Below, piece after piece: positions 1 to 10,422 of a DNA stretch of 56,203 nucleotides. A program made the translations under genes and the position numbers. The DNA is from Pseudomonadota bacterium. Lineage in GTDB: Bacteria > Bdellovibrionota_B > Oligoflexia > Oligoflexales > CAIMVM01. How positions within the stretch are numbered: the first letter of the stretch is position 1; each line of letters opens with the position of its first letter. The notes below the pieces were generated by a model. The model had not been told where the DNA came from, did no database searches, and was given only the letters and a program-made list of their open reading frames with translations. The DNA lies in NCBI GenBank assembly GCA_037142195.1, contig JBAXBA010000014.1:1-56203 (forward strand), read 5' to 3'.

Positions 1-1
1 T

Positions 2-370
2 AAAAATTTCATGGCGCGAACTCTCGGGGAAATCTCTATATGGTCCGCTGTGGGCCTTAGCCTTATGTCTGCCGTATCAGAGGAAATTCTTTTCAGAGGG
101 GCTTTGCAGCCTCTTATCGGGATACCTTTGGCCGTCACAGCTTATGTGGTGATTCACTCTGGCCCCAATGGAATTTTTTCTGCTTGGAGTCTGCAGTCCA
201 TAGCTTTGGGAGCAGCTTTTTCCACCATTTTTGAACAGACAGGCAACTTACCGCTGGTGATTGTCATTCATTTTTTAGTAAATATGGCCTGTTTTCTGCA
301 AGTTCGCAGGGCTTTTTCCCGCTTTGGGGATAAAGCCTTTACCGGCCCCGCTCTTCTAGGAAATCCCTAG
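2..370 (+). CDS. CPBP/CAAX-family intramembrane glutamic endopeptidase (probably 5'-truncated by window edge)
   Basis: EEILFRG motif, hydrophobic segments, C-terminal H-x3-N (IHFLVN); frame is open upstream of ATG 11 to the window start. Confidence 0.85.
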   Translation, partial: KNFMARTLGEISIWSAVGLSLMSAVSEEILFRGALQPLIGIPLAVTAYVVIHSGPNGIFSAWSLQSIALGAAFSTIFEQTGNLPLVIVIHFLVNMACFLQVRRAFSRFGDKAFTGPALLGNP

Positions 371-852
371 TGCGGGGCGGTCATCCTGAAATCTGTTTGT
401 ATAAGCCCGAGATTCCCCAGAACACCGGAAATATCGGAAGGCTAGCTGCAGCTACAGCGTCGAGACTTCATCTTATCAAGCCTTTTGGATTTGATGCTTC
501 CGATAAAAATCTTCGTCGCGCCGGATTAGACTATTGGCCTTTTTTAGATCTCGAGATTCATGACCGATTGGAAGATCTGTTGGCCAGATTTCAGAGACAT
601 GAGATCGCCTTTTTCTCTAAAAAAGGAAATCGCAGCTGCTTTGGGATGACTCAAGATGTCAAGCTCCTCATCTTTGGACAAGAAACAAAAGGGCTTCCTG
701 ATAAACTCTTGGAAGACTATGAAGACCGTTGCTTTCAAATCCCGATGTATCACTCTGGGGTGAGATCTCTAAATCTGGCAAATGCCGCAAGTGTTATCGT
801 CTATCATCAAATCAAACTATTGGAAGAGCGCAAACATGTCCATCTCCCCTAA
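370..852 (+). CDS. trmL: tRNA (cytidine/uridine(34)-2'-O)-methyltransferase, SPOUT family
   Basis: PEIPQNTGNIGR, RRAGLDYW, FGxETKGLP and RSLNLAN motifs. Confidence 0.95.
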   Translation: MRGGHPEICLYKPEIPQNTGNIGRLAAATASRLHLIKPFGFDASDKNLRRAGLDYWPFLDLEIHDRLEDLLARFQRHEIAFFSKKGNRSCFGMTQDVKLLIFGQETKGLPDKLLEDYEDRCFQIPMYHSGVRSLNLANAASVIVYHQIKLLEERKHVHLP

Positions 853-1948
853 ATCACCAAACACCTCTTGGCTGGAAAGTTATCTCATACCTGGGTTGAT
901 CGAGAGTCCTGCCTACAAAATCGATGCTCCCAAGGTGGATCTCAAAATTGATCAAAACGAAAGCCCTTTTGATTGGCCCCTAGAACTTAAAGAAAAAGTC
1001 TGTAAAGAACTTATGGCGTCAGCGTGGAATCGCTATCCTGAGCCCTATCCGAAAGAACTGGAATCTCTGGTTGCTAGGCATGTGGGCGTCAGCGAGGGGA
1101 CGATTCTTTTATCCCCTGGATCCAATCATCTGATCGCATTAGTCCTTTCTATTTTTGGCCCTAAGGCCTCCAAAGTTGTCTTGGCTAGGCCATCCTTTCC
1201 CCTCTATGAATCCCACTGCAAGGCGTCAGGAATACCCTATGAGCCATGGATCTTAAACAGTGACCTTGAGTATGATTTAGAACGCCTTCCAGCCCTTCCA
1301 CCAAGATCTCTCGTCTTATTTGCTTCTCCCAATAATCCTGTAGGTAATATTCTGCCTCGGCGCACCTTAAGGGAGCTGCTGACGAAGTATCCGGAAACCT
1401 TGTTTATTGGTGATGAAGCCTACTTAGAGTTTGCTAGTGAGCCCTATACTGAGCTTTTAAGCGAATTCAGCAATCTCATGCTCATCAGAACCTTTTCAAA
1501 AACTATGGGTGCTGCCGGCATTCGCCTAGGATACTTGGTAGCTGCCCCTGAGTACATCAACCAAGTAAGAAAACTCATGCTGCCTTTTCTTATCAATCGC
1601 TTGACACTTGCAGCCGTTCCTCTCGTACTTGTAGATGTTGCTGCCAGAAATCAATTTCAAAGCGTGATTGACATGACTATCACCGAGAGAGATCGCCTTG
1701 CTAAAGAGCTCTCGGATTTAGGTGCTAGGTTTGCTTTTCAGGTTAAAAACTCTCAAGCCAATTTTCTCTTAGTGCGATTTTCGACCCAAGAAGCCTGCCT
1801 GGCCATGTACCAACATTTAGTGAAGTCCGGTATTTTAGTCAGAAACATTTCTGGTGGAGCTCAACTCGCCGGCTGCCTACGTGTAACTGTCGGCACGCCT
1901 GATGAAAACACTCGGGTTATAGAGACTTTTAAAAGTTTGGCGCGCTAG
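836..1948 (+). CDS. hisC: Histidinol-phosphate aminotransferase (PLP, class I/II)
   Basis: NESP, NRYP, SPNNPVG, DEAY, RTFSK(PLP Lys)..G.AGIRLGY, LRVTVGT; ATG 836 overlapping the trmL end is the more likely start than 782. Confidence 0.85.
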   Translation: MSISPKSPNTSWLESYLIPGLIESPAYKIDAPKVDLKIDQNESPFDWPLELKEKVCKELMASAWNRYPEPYPKELESLVARHVGVSEGTILLSPGSNHLIALVLSIFGPKASKVVLARPSFPLYESHCKASGIPYEPWILNSDLEYDLERLPALPPRSLVLFASPNNPVGNILPRRTLRELLTKYPETLFIGDEAYLEFASEPYTELLSEFSNLMLIRTFSKTMGAAGIRLGYLVAAPEYINQVRKLMLPFLINRLTLAAVPLVLVDVAARNQFQSVIDMTITERDRLAKELSDLGARFAFQVKNSQANFLLVRFSTQEACLAMYQHLVKSGILVRNISGGAQLAGCLRVTVGTPDENTRVIETFKSLAR

Positions 1949-2500
1949 TAAAATTTGTGGGTCTCTTTGGGATCGTTAGCCTAGCGCCCCTTTTAACCCC
2001 TAACTTCTCTAAAAGAACAGGATGGATTCCTAAGAATCCCTAGGGACATTCGGCTAAGAGGGAAGCATTTTATTTCTGTAATCACAACTCACAACAAAGA
2101 GTCCATCTCTCTAGAAAAAAATGCTATTCCCATTTGCGTGGAAATCTTGCTCCTTGGAATCTAACCTGCGGATCCTGCCCGTCTCAATAGCTCCCAAGAT
2201 GCCTTGCAACGAAAGTTCTCCTTCTGGTGAGGTCGTGTTTTAGCAGTTTTTGCTGGCCGTCAACACCTAAAATAGCGAGCACCAGCATGACTACCGTCCG
2301 AAAATCAGAGCGGTCTCGACCCTTTAAAGATGGGTAAAATGCGAATAATATTGTGCTTTTAAATTTAAACAAAAATAGCTCTTGAATTTATTTCTAATTC
2401 GGATTCCAGTTGAGATATAAGATGAAAGTCTTTTAGTAATACGAGGGTCTTGGCCCGTAATGAATTGTTTTTTCTATTCCCCAAATTGAGGACCCTTCTC

Positions 2501-5500
2501 ATGCAAAACCAGCCGACCGAACAGGCCTCTTTGATAGAATCCACAGCCTTTAAAGGCCCCCTTAAAGACTCTGGTAAATTAAAGCCTGAAGCTTCGGAAT
2601 CAACGGATGGGCTGGTAGCTGTGGTTCACTTAGGAATCGCATCCGATGGCGACATGCAGCTATGTTTATTTCCCGCTTTTACAGAAGCCTATGATGACAA
2701 AGGAGACCGCCTGGAAGCGTTCCTTAAAAAGACTGTAGAAAGCGGCCCCCTAAAAACTCTGGCGACTAAAAACAAATTGAAGTTAGGAAAAGGCGGGCAC
2801 AGTATGGCCCTCCCCCGCACGATCAACTGGTGGACAAGCGATCCAAGACCAGAAAGGGCTCAAACAGACATCCCTTTTAAACTTTCAAGGCCCTTAGGTG
2901 ATAGAAGCTTAGTGGCCACCAATGTTTCGGTTATCGATAATAAAAAAGGCGGCTCCAAATCTATTCTTGAAATCGCCCGTCTTCTTAAAGAGAATCATTT
3001 TTTATTGTCTGCTCCGCTAGAAGATTTCCTACGCATCTGTGAAGACATAGAAAATAAAATTAAGACGTCTAAAGAATCAGGGCATTTCTTTTACTTTAGC
3101 GAAATCGAAAAGCACAACTTGAATTCCGCCCTCAAAAACTACAATGGAGAACCAAATGTAAACCTTAGAAAGTTGGGCTGGCGTTCGACTTTTAAGTTTT
3201 TTAGTGAGCTTTCAGAAAGATCTCAAGATTTAATTTTCTTTGATCCGGCCAAAAACCGGCCTGGATCGTTTCAAGATCTCAGTAAAAAATACGCCGAACG
3301 AAAACTTGAAGACTTGCGGGAGGACCACGAATGGTCCCAAGACTTAACTCATAAAGTATTGGGACCTTTGCCCCATGATAGAGCTCCTTTAGACCAAGAT
3401 GTGATTCTTAAGGTGCCAGACATTGGCTATTTAGATTTCGAAATTTTATCTTCAAGCCTTATCGGTCCATTTGTCGAATGCCGGCTTTTCAAAGTCAACG
3501 ATTTCACACTTGCAAAACGCCTTATGGGGACTCCCATCGATGCTTTCTACGCTCAAAATGAAAAGTCGCCCTACATGAAAGTTAGAGATTTTCTTTGGAG
3601 ACTTCTTCTGGGCTCTTCTGAGACTTTTGTCGCTAAGTCCGTCTCCCAATATGATCGAGCTTTGGCCGTTAAAAATGGCCTCAAAAACAAGAGTGCCTAC
3701 ATTCATTATTTAGAATTTTTCCCTACAAAGTCACTGGACGAGAACGGCTTCCTTGTCACGTCTCCCACGTCATCGGGCCTATCCCAAATTGACTTTGCTG
3801 TGCCGGACCCAGAATTTGCGAGCTCTACCCAGATTCAAAAAGAGAAGCACAAGGCGAAGGGCCTCCCCCAACCGGTCTTATCCCTCAAAGATTTTCTCAA
3901 ATCATCTCAAGAAACACATTCGCCTTCCGTAATCCATGACAGCTATTTTTGGCCCCAGGGCCGCATCTATCAATTCCTTCATTTAACAAGCGCCATGCTA
4001 ACCATGCCAAAGCTTGGAACAACGGCGGAATTTCTGTTTGAAGATCAAGTGGGTATTTCTTCAGATGTAAAGTCCATTATGGGAAATGAAGAAACTGTTC
4101 AGAGGATCCCTGAGTTGTCCTTAACAGAGTCTTATAGCCAGCTATCTGGGCTTTATCCAAAACATTTTTCCCACGAGCATGAAAGCCCGTATACCGATCG
4201 ATATTTAGAAAAGCGCCCTCAGACTCTTCTACATATTCATGATCTTGGGGTTAAAGAACAGATTTCCATCAATGTGCGTTATTCGAACTCAGATGGACTG
4301 GCCATTGAACAGTGCTTGGAAGCTTTAAAGAGAGATTTTTCTGCGAGTCAAAAAACAGATGCTCAGGGAAGCAAGTCGAAAGCGAGTTTAAAATCAGATA
4401 CACCTCAAAATAGCCATGCGGATGCTACCAGTGCTGAGCCCACTCTGGCCATAAACCAATACGATAGTATTTTAGAAAAACTGAGAGATCTTCTTCAGTT
4501 TGAAGCCATTCCTTATTTTATGATCAATGGAGCTGAGGTCTCTGAGTCTGAGTGGTTTCAGGCAAAGAAGTCTCCCTCCGGTGTCTATGAGGTAGCTCCA
4601 GGTCAGTTTGTACCTGAAAGCACTTATAGCTCCTATACGGAAAACTATTATTTAAAGAAGAAGGCTCTTGCGAAAATGGGGCGAATCCCCATGCAGAAAG
4701 TTTGGACGTCACATCTAAACTTTATTAATGGCAGCGATGAAGACATCAGCCCAGATGCTTACCTTCAATCTTTGAAGCTTTCCATCAGCAAAGAATTTGA
4801 CAAACTTGATGAAATTCTTAAAGGCACCTCTGCCAAAGATTGGATTAGAAACCATTTGCCCGTCTTAGAGTCCTCTCTTAGAGAGTATCAAGCCCAGGGA
4901 ATCATGTGGATAAAGTCCCGCCTTGCTATGAATTATGGGGTGTGTTTAGCTGATGAAATGGGTCTAGGAAAGACCCTACAAGCCATCGGTGTTCTGATGT
5001 TGTTTAAAAATCCAAAACTTCCTTCCTTGGTCTTAGTTCCTAAGTCTCTTTTGATGAATTGGAAAAATGAGTTAGAAAGATTTGCACCTGAGCTTAAAGT
5101 GAAAATGATAGAAGACGAGTCTTCCTTCGACGACTCTGAGATCTATCTTATGTCCTATGGCGCCATGCGACATAAGGCTCCACTGATCACCAAACGCCAT
5201 TGGAACCTCGCTATCCTTGATGAAGCCCAGTCCATCAAAAATAGCCAATCTCTGACCGCTCAAATCGCTTTAGAACTCACGTGTACATACCGCCTAGCCC
5301 TCACGGGCACCCCGGTTGAAAATCATGCTTCGGAATTGTGGAGCATCATCAATTGGCTGAACCCTCAGTACTTAGGATCGGTGTCATCTTTTGAAAAATA
5401 CACAAAACATGCACGAATACCGGAAAAAAGGCCTTACTATCTGGCTCCTTTAAGAGAATGCCTAAAACCCATCATGCTGCGTCGCTTAAAAAACGACCCC

Positions 5501-6388
5501 CAAGTCGCCCTGGGGCTCCCGGAAAAAGTCTCTCAGGATTTACGGTTTGAATTGAGTGAAACCCAGTGTTTACTTTACAAGAGCGTGATCGATGTAGTAC
5601 TTAACTCACATACCGTTCATCACTTCGCCAGGATGGCCCAATACCTTCGTTCCATTCATTTTTTAAAGCAGATCTGCATTCACCCAAGCTTATTTCTTGA
5701 CGACGTAACGGCCGATGAAGCTTTGGAAACCTCTGAGCTTAATAAAAGCGTCAAAAAGAATGCCCTGAAACTTCTCAAAACGTATGAAAAGCCAAAAACA
5801 TCTGCTGATATTTTTAAGGACAGCGCTAAACTAGCTCAACTCTATGAAGTCCTTGAAACTGAAAGAACTAGCAGTAACGGCATTTTGATCTTTACCCAGT
5901 ATCTTAAAGCAGCGGATCTTATGATGATCTTACTAAAGGATCTTGGTTATGCTGCCGTTCCGTTTATTAACGGCTCTTTAACCGCCAACCGCCGTCAAGA
6001 AATCGTTGATCAGTTCAACAAGCAAGCCTCTGTTCGTGAGCCAGGTCAGTTGTGCCCGATCCTCATCTGCAGTTTAAAGGCAGGTGGAACTGGGCTTAAT
6101 CTAACAGGCGCAGACCGGGTGATTCATTTAGACCGTTGGTGGAACCCCGCCGTCGAAAATCAGGCGACGGATCGTGCCCACCGCTTTGGTCAAACACGCA
6201 CAGTATTCGTAAATACGTTGACTAATGACGGCACCTTGGAAGATTCCATGAATAGAATCTTTGAAGAAAAACGGAGACTTGCCCAAGACCTCCTGTCGGA
6301 TGAAGATGTCGCCCTTGCGGAATGCTTGAAGGATGAATCCGGGTATTTAAACCTCGTGGATCCCAAACAACTTTTTTACAAAAAATAA
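2501..6388 (+). CDS. SNF2-family (DEAQ-box) helicase with ~770-aa unrecognised N-terminal region
   Basis: LREYQ, LADEMGLGKT, LDEAQ, LTGTPVEN, RRLK, GGTGLNLT, WWNPAVENQATDRAHRFGQ; GAGGA RBS before ATG 2501. Confidence 0.92.
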   Translation: MQNQPTEQASLIESTAFKGPLKDSGKLKPEASESTDGLVAVVHLGIASDGDMQLCLFPAFTEAYDDKGDRLEAFLKKTVESGPLKTLATKNKLKLGKGGHSMALPRTINWWTSDPRPERAQTDIPFKLSRPLGDRSLVATNVSVIDNKKGGSKSILEIARLLKENHFLLSAPLEDFLRICEDIENKIKTSKESGHFFYFSEIEKHNLNSALKNYNGEPNVNLRKLGWRSTFKFFSELSERSQDLIFFDPAKNRPGSFQDLSKKYAERKLEDLREDHEWSQDLTHKVLGPLPHDRAPLDQDVILKVPDIGYLDFEILSSSLIGPFVECRLFKVNDFTLAKRLMGTPIDAFYAQNEKSPYMKVRDFLWRLLLGSSETFVAKSVSQYDRALAVKNGLKNKSAYIHYLEFFPTKSLDENGFLVTSPTSSGLSQIDFAVPDPEFASSTQIQKEKHKAKGLPQPVLSLKDFLKSSQETHSPSVIHDSYFWPQGRIYQFLHLTSAMLTMPKLGTTAEFLFEDQVGISSDVKSIMGNEETVQRIPELSLTESYSQLSGLYPKHFSHEHESPYTDRYLEKRPQTLLHIHDLGVKEQISINVRYSNSDGLAIEQCLEALKRDFSASQKTDAQGSKSKASLKSDTPQNSHADATSAEPTLAINQYDSILEKLRDLLQFEAIPYFMINGAEVSESEWFQAKKSPSGVYEVAPGQFVPESTYSSYTENYYLKKKALAKMGRIPMQKVWTSHLNFINGSDEDISPDAYLQSLKLSISKEFDKLDEILKGTSAKDWIRNHLPVLESSLREYQAQGIMWIKSRLAMNYGVCLADEMGLGKTLQAIGVLMLFKNPKLPSLVLVPKSLLMNWKNELERFAPELKVKMIEDESSFDDSEIYLMSYGAMRHKAPLITKRHWNLAILDEAQSIKNSQSLTAQIALELTCTYRLALTGTPVENHASELWSIINWLNPQYLGSVSSFEKYTKHARIPEKRPYYLAPLRECLKPIMLRRLKNDPQVALGLPEKVSQDLRFELSETQCLLYKSVIDVVLNSHTVHHFARMAQYLRSIHFLKQICIHPSLFLDDVTADEALETSELNKSVKKNALKLLKTYEKPKTSADIFKDSAKLAQLYEVLETERTSSNGILIFTQYLKAADLMMILLKDLGYAAVPFINGSLTANRRQEIVDQFNKQASVREPGQLCPILICSLKAGGTGLNLTGADRVIHLDRWWNPAVENQATDRAHRFGQTRTVFVNTLTNDGTLEDSMNRIFEEKRRLAQDLLSDEDVALAECLKDESGYLNLVDPKQLFYKK

Positions 6389-6400
6389 GGCATAATACTT

Positions 6401-7822
6401 ATGATTGACCTCACGAAAAAAGACGAACTATTTTTTCATTGGCTCGAACGATCTGAAAATGATCGTGGTTTGTATTTTGACAAAGGCCAATTCCGCATCG
6501 ATTGGTATAAAGTCTTTTCTAAAGCTGACTCGAGACTAAAAATTGATGAGAACCTTAAATTTAAGCTTTTCGATTGGGTCACAAAGAACACTAAAGAGAA
6601 TTTTTTCGAAGATTATTTCCATGAAAGGCTTACAAAGTCTAATTTTTCTATTGATCTGAATCTTTCTACTGAAATCAGGGAAAAATACAAATCTCAAATT
6701 AAAACGTTCGTCCAAACCTTTCGTGCTGAAATTGAAAACAGTGGCCTTAAAAACGTGAGCCAAGAGAAAGCTAAATCTATATTGAAACAAATTGATGGAC
6801 TAGAAAAAGTCGACTTTCTAGACATTTCTCCTTTAGATTCCTGGCTGCGCTTAGATATCGAGATTCAAAGAATTTTTAAAGAAACCGTGTTCAGTCCTTC
6901 TGGCAATATATTTACGGGAGAACCTCAATATTTCAACTCCTTGTGCCCCAAGTTTTATCAATCTAGATCCTCATGGCAACAACGAAAGGCTTATTCCGGG
7001 TCAGTTGTTGAGCTCATGACTGGTTTAAAGGACTTTTATAAATCAAGATCCTGGCAGGCTTCGCCCCAGCAGAGCCAAGAGCAGCTTCTTAAATTGGCCT
7101 ATGGCATGGTATCTCAATTGACCCGCGAAAAGCGAACCCATCAAAACCCATTACATTGGATCTCGATATCCACTGCTCCCAGTGAACAGAATTATTTTAG
7201 CCAACAGAATAAGATCGTTTTCAATTCAAGAGGCGACTTTAAAGAAAGTGGAGTTATAGTCGCGAAAAAAGTAAGAAGTCGCTTAAATGGAGCCCTTAAC
7301 CTTTGGCAGCATCATTGGAATGTCTACAGCAATGGCAACACCATTTCTGAGCCCCTAAAACAGGCTTACATAGATTTAGAAAAGTGTTTTCAAACTCAGT
7401 TAGATCAGGACATGGAAGAGGCCAGCGGAATTTACTTTGACCAATTCTTGGCTCCTTTAGATCGGCTCTTAGACTATCTTATCCGTACTTATCTACCGTT
7501 ATCTCTCTATCTTTCCGGAGTGATCAGCCCCTTTGAAGAACCCGAAGGCGAACATTTTTTAGGGTTTTCCCATTCTGCCATATTGCATCACCTGGCACCG
7601 AAGGCCTTTCACCGCCTACCAGGGCAGTTTCCGCTATCAAATAATGGATCGAATCCCTTGTGGATCAACACTGACTCGGATGTGAAATCCCATAGGAATT
7701 CGGATGAGTATGACGACGAGGACTTTGAAATTGATTTGGATGATGATCTAGACTCAGAAATTGATTTGGACGAGCTCATGTTAAGGAGTTTTTTTAGAGA
7801 CAATTATGTCATTCGAAACTAG
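6401..7822 (+). CDS. Hypothetical protein with acidic C-terminal tract, co-oriented 12 bp after the SNF2 gene
   Basis: 473-aa ORF; tail DEYDDEDFEIDLDDDLDSEIDLDE; no family motif recognised. Confidence 0.8.
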   Translation: MIDLTKKDELFFHWLERSENDRGLYFDKGQFRIDWYKVFSKADSRLKIDENLKFKLFDWVTKNTKENFFEDYFHERLTKSNFSIDLNLSTEIREKYKSQIKTFVQTFRAEIENSGLKNVSQEKAKSILKQIDGLEKVDFLDISPLDSWLRLDIEIQRIFKETVFSPSGNIFTGEPQYFNSLCPKFYQSRSSWQQRKAYSGSVVELMTGLKDFYKSRSWQASPQQSQEQLLKLAYGMVSQLTREKRTHQNPLHWISISTAPSEQNYFSQQNKIVFNSRGDFKESGVIVAKKVRSRLNGALNLWQHHWNVYSNGNTISEPLKQAYIDLEKCFQTQLDQDMEEASGIYFDQFLAPLDRLLDYLIRTYLPLSLYLSGVISPFEEPEGEHFLGFSHSAILHHLAPKAFHRLPGQFPLSNNGSNPLWINTDSDVKSHRNSDEYDDEDFEIDLDDDLDSEIDLDELMLRSFFRDNYVIRN

Positions 7823-8075
7823 AGATGGAACCAGATTATGTCAAAATAGTCACCCTATCTTTTTAGGGGCCTGACATGGCTCTTGATGTCTCCTTTAAGT
7901 TCAAAAGGAATCCTTCGCAACGGGCAGATGAGCTGTCTTGTACTGGGTCCTGGAAGGCGTAGAATAAGATTCAGAGGTGACATGACAATGCGCGTAAATC
8001 TTAAGACACAAGGTCTAGGGTCCTTATTCAGGCCGCTTGAACTTTAGTTATTTCGACAAAAATAGCAGAAAGTAA

Positions 8076-8174
8076 TAGAAACTAGAAATTAGAAATTAGA
8101 AGCTAGAAGAAAAGCTGAGAGTAAAAAAGCTGAGAGTAAAAAAGCTGAGAGTAAAAAAGCTGAGAGTAAAAAAG
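8076..8174 (+). repeat. Compound minisatellite: ~5 x 7-bp TAGAA(A/G)(C/T) followed by 4 x 15-bp GCTGAGAGTAAAAAA
   Basis: Exact 15-bp units start at 8114, 8129, 8144 and 8159; degenerate 7-mers from 8076. Confidence 0.95.
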
Positions 8175-8195
8175 GCTTATTCGGCGCAACTCCAT

Positions 8196-9614
8196 TCAAT
8201 CAGACTCACCGCCTGGAAAAGAAGGCTTTTGCATTTGTAAATATTCGCCAACGATTCGATCCAATTCAGAGGCTAAATACAGGGGCAAAGAAATGAGCTG
8301 ATAGGAGACTTCGCTATTCCCTCCCGGGGCTATAGAAGGCAAATTTGTATCAAATCTTATCCCATAAGAAAAAGATTTGGCCCGACATATTTCATTTAAA
8401 GATCTCAGTCTTCCTGAGGCTCCAGCTTTTACCTCTAGAGGAACAATGTTTCTTCCATAAGCCCAAAGAAAATCAACTTCCGCATTGTCTGACTTTCCCT
8501 CACGCAGCCAGTAGTGAAGAGGCTTTCGCAAGCCAGGCTCACAGGCAGAAAGCTCTTGAGCAACAAACTGTTCTGCGAGAACGCCTTCGTTTACAAAGGC
8601 AGTCTCTTCGGGACTGGAAATATCTCGGGCCGAGAGTCCCGAAGCGCAGCAAAGAAGCCCCACATCTAGATAGAAAAGCTTTCTCACATCAGGGTCCGAA
8701 TCCGCACCGAGAGGAATACCGTTACCATCACTATGAGTGGCTTCCAACAAAACGCCAGCATCCAAAAGCAGTTGGAGTGCCTTTCTAACATCTCTTGAAA
8801 TATGACCAGGACTTAGTGCTGAGTACTTAGCTTTTTTGGCAATTTGAATGGGCGAACGATCGAATACATCACGAACAATGGTCCGAATATGGGCAGTTGC
8901 AGGATATTTTTGAAGATCATCCCTGTAAGAAGCGATAATATTGCGTTGAATGGCAGTAGCTCCTCCCAAGCCTTTTTCCCTTGAGGCAAATACGGATTCA
9001 GGAAGTCCACCCACTAGAAAAAACTCTCTAAGTGCGGCCAAGAGACGGGTGTGCTCGACCGGTGTAGGAGCGTGCTTGGTCCAAGGTGATGCTTTTTCTA
9101 CCACATCCTTCAGGCTATGGAGTCCTTTAGCATCGAGGAACTCTTTAAATGTTAGCGGAGCGACATGCAGATACTCCACTCGTCCAACTGGCATGGAAAA
9201 TTCTTTTTCGTTTAATGCGAATTCAAGCACAGAACCAGCAGCCACAACCGCTAATTCAGGAATTTGTTCATAAAAATAGCGCAGCAGCTGAAGACGGGCG
9301 GGAATTGTCTGAACTTCATCCAGAAAAAGGAAATGGGCGCCTGGGTCTTCTCGAAAATCTACACCGGCAACTCTCACCAATGCTGCCAAAGCCTCTTCAA
9401 AGTGACCTTTTTCTAGGACTGGCCTTAAGGTACTGCGGTGGTCTTCAAGGTTGATTTCAACTAACTTAAGGTTCGAATTTTTGGAAAATGTGCGGATTAA
9501 GGTAGATTTACCGACCTGCCTAGCTCCCCTGATAACCATAGGCTTGCGGCGGGGGTGCTTTAGCCATGCGGAAAGGCTTTTCTCTTGGATTCTAGTAATA
9601 TAGTTATTTTCCAT
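8196..9614 (-). CDS. AAA_14 ATPase / DUF4143 protein (copy 1)
   Basis: GARQVGKS Walker A, FLDEVQ Walker B, PVGRV, GGLP, KLFYLDVGL, C-terminal AEVDF...PLEVKAG. Confidence 0.92.
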   Translation of the reverse strand: MENNYITRIQEKSLSAWLKHPRRKPMVIRGARQVGKSTLIRTFSKNSNLKLVEINLEDHRSTLRPVLEKGHFEEALAALVRVAGVDFREDPGAHFLFLDEVQTIPARLQLLRYFYEQIPELAVVAAGSVLEFALNEKEFSMPVGRVEYLHVAPLTFKEFLDAKGLHSLKDVVEKASPWTKHAPTPVEHTRLLAALREFFLVGGLPESVFASREKGLGGATAIQRNIIASYRDDLQKYPATAHIRTIVRDVFDRSPIQIAKKAKYSALSPGHISRDVRKALQLLLDAGVLLEATHSDGNGIPLGADSDPDVRKLFYLDVGLLCCASGLSARDISSPEETAFVNEGVLAEQFVAQELSACEPGLRKPLHYWLREGKSDNAEVDFLWAYGRNIVPLEVKAGASGRLRSLNEICRAKSFSYGIRFDTNLPSIAPGGNSEVSYQLISLPLYLASELDRIVGEYLQMQKPSFPGGESD

Positions 9615-9636
9615 AGTCCCTCGCCGAATAGTCCGC

Positions 9637-9689
9637 TATTTCAACATTATAGTTCAAATAAGGGGTCATTTTCAAACATTAAAGTTGAA
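9637..9689 (-). promoter_or_regulatory. Sigma70-like promoter (TTGAAA-18-TATAAT) overlapped by two imperfect palindromes
   Basis: Minus-strand -35 at 9670-9675, -10 at 9646-9651; TATTTCAACATTATAGTTCAAATA (9637-9660) and TTCAAACATTAAAGTTGAA (9671-9689). Confidence 0.65.
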
Positions 9690-10359
9690 TTTTAGGCACT
9701 ATTAAGGGACCAGAAAGTACATGACGCTGCTTTCCCGATTGCTGGTTCATAAGCTTTTGAGGTTTCCTTTTGTTACAGGTCCTTGGCTAACCACCTTATT
9801 ATATGTACTAATACAGTTAATTCAGAATATTGAAGGCTGACAATGGAGTTTTTAAAGTGCTCTCCGTTTTTGTTAATGGGATTCTATCCCGATGTCTAAT
9901 GCCCCCCCTGTGGCGCACTGAAGATTCTTTCATTTTTAAGCTTTTGGGGATTTTAACCGCCGAGTTTCAAATCTAAAAAAGCCTATGTAAGTTTGATAAA
10001 GCCAGACTAGCACGCCGGGTCTGCGCTGGCTTAGCATTAAGGTTTTGTCGATTGTACTTTGCATGAAATGCCTTCAGTGTCTGTTTTTGCGGGTGGAGTG
10101 GCGGCTTAAGTATGCCGCGATTCAAAGAGTTCATCATGAGCCCACGAACGAGAACACCAGCCGGAATAGGCCGGTTATGTTGGTTCTGTCCCGACTCGGC
10201 AAACCCTAATTGTTGCAGCTGAATTGCAGTCAGAGCCATCAACGGTTGCCTAAGGAGCGAAATTTCCTAGGTCGATCAAAAAATCTCATGAATGGGCGCA
10301 GAGCTTTGACTCGCTAAGATATTGGAATGATTTTTAAGTTATTCGCAGTCTAAAATGGC

Positions 10360-10422
10360 TTGCTCCACTTCCATGAGTGGTCTATCATAAATTTGTCATG
10401 ACTTTTTTATGATAGGTCACTC
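10360..10422 (+). promoter_or_regulatory. Sigma70-like promoter (TTGCTC-17-TATCAT) overlapped by a 48-bp imperfect palindrome
   Basis: GAGTGGTCTATCATAAA...GTCATGAC...TTTATGATAGGTCACTC (10375-10422), arms 15/17 complementary, ending 3 bp before ATG 10426. Confidence 0.65.

Noticed and set aside
8111..8174. CRISPR array (also considered for 51211-51292 and 56136-56203)
   Set aside because: Units are head-to-tail 13-15 bp with no spacers, and no cas genes are present
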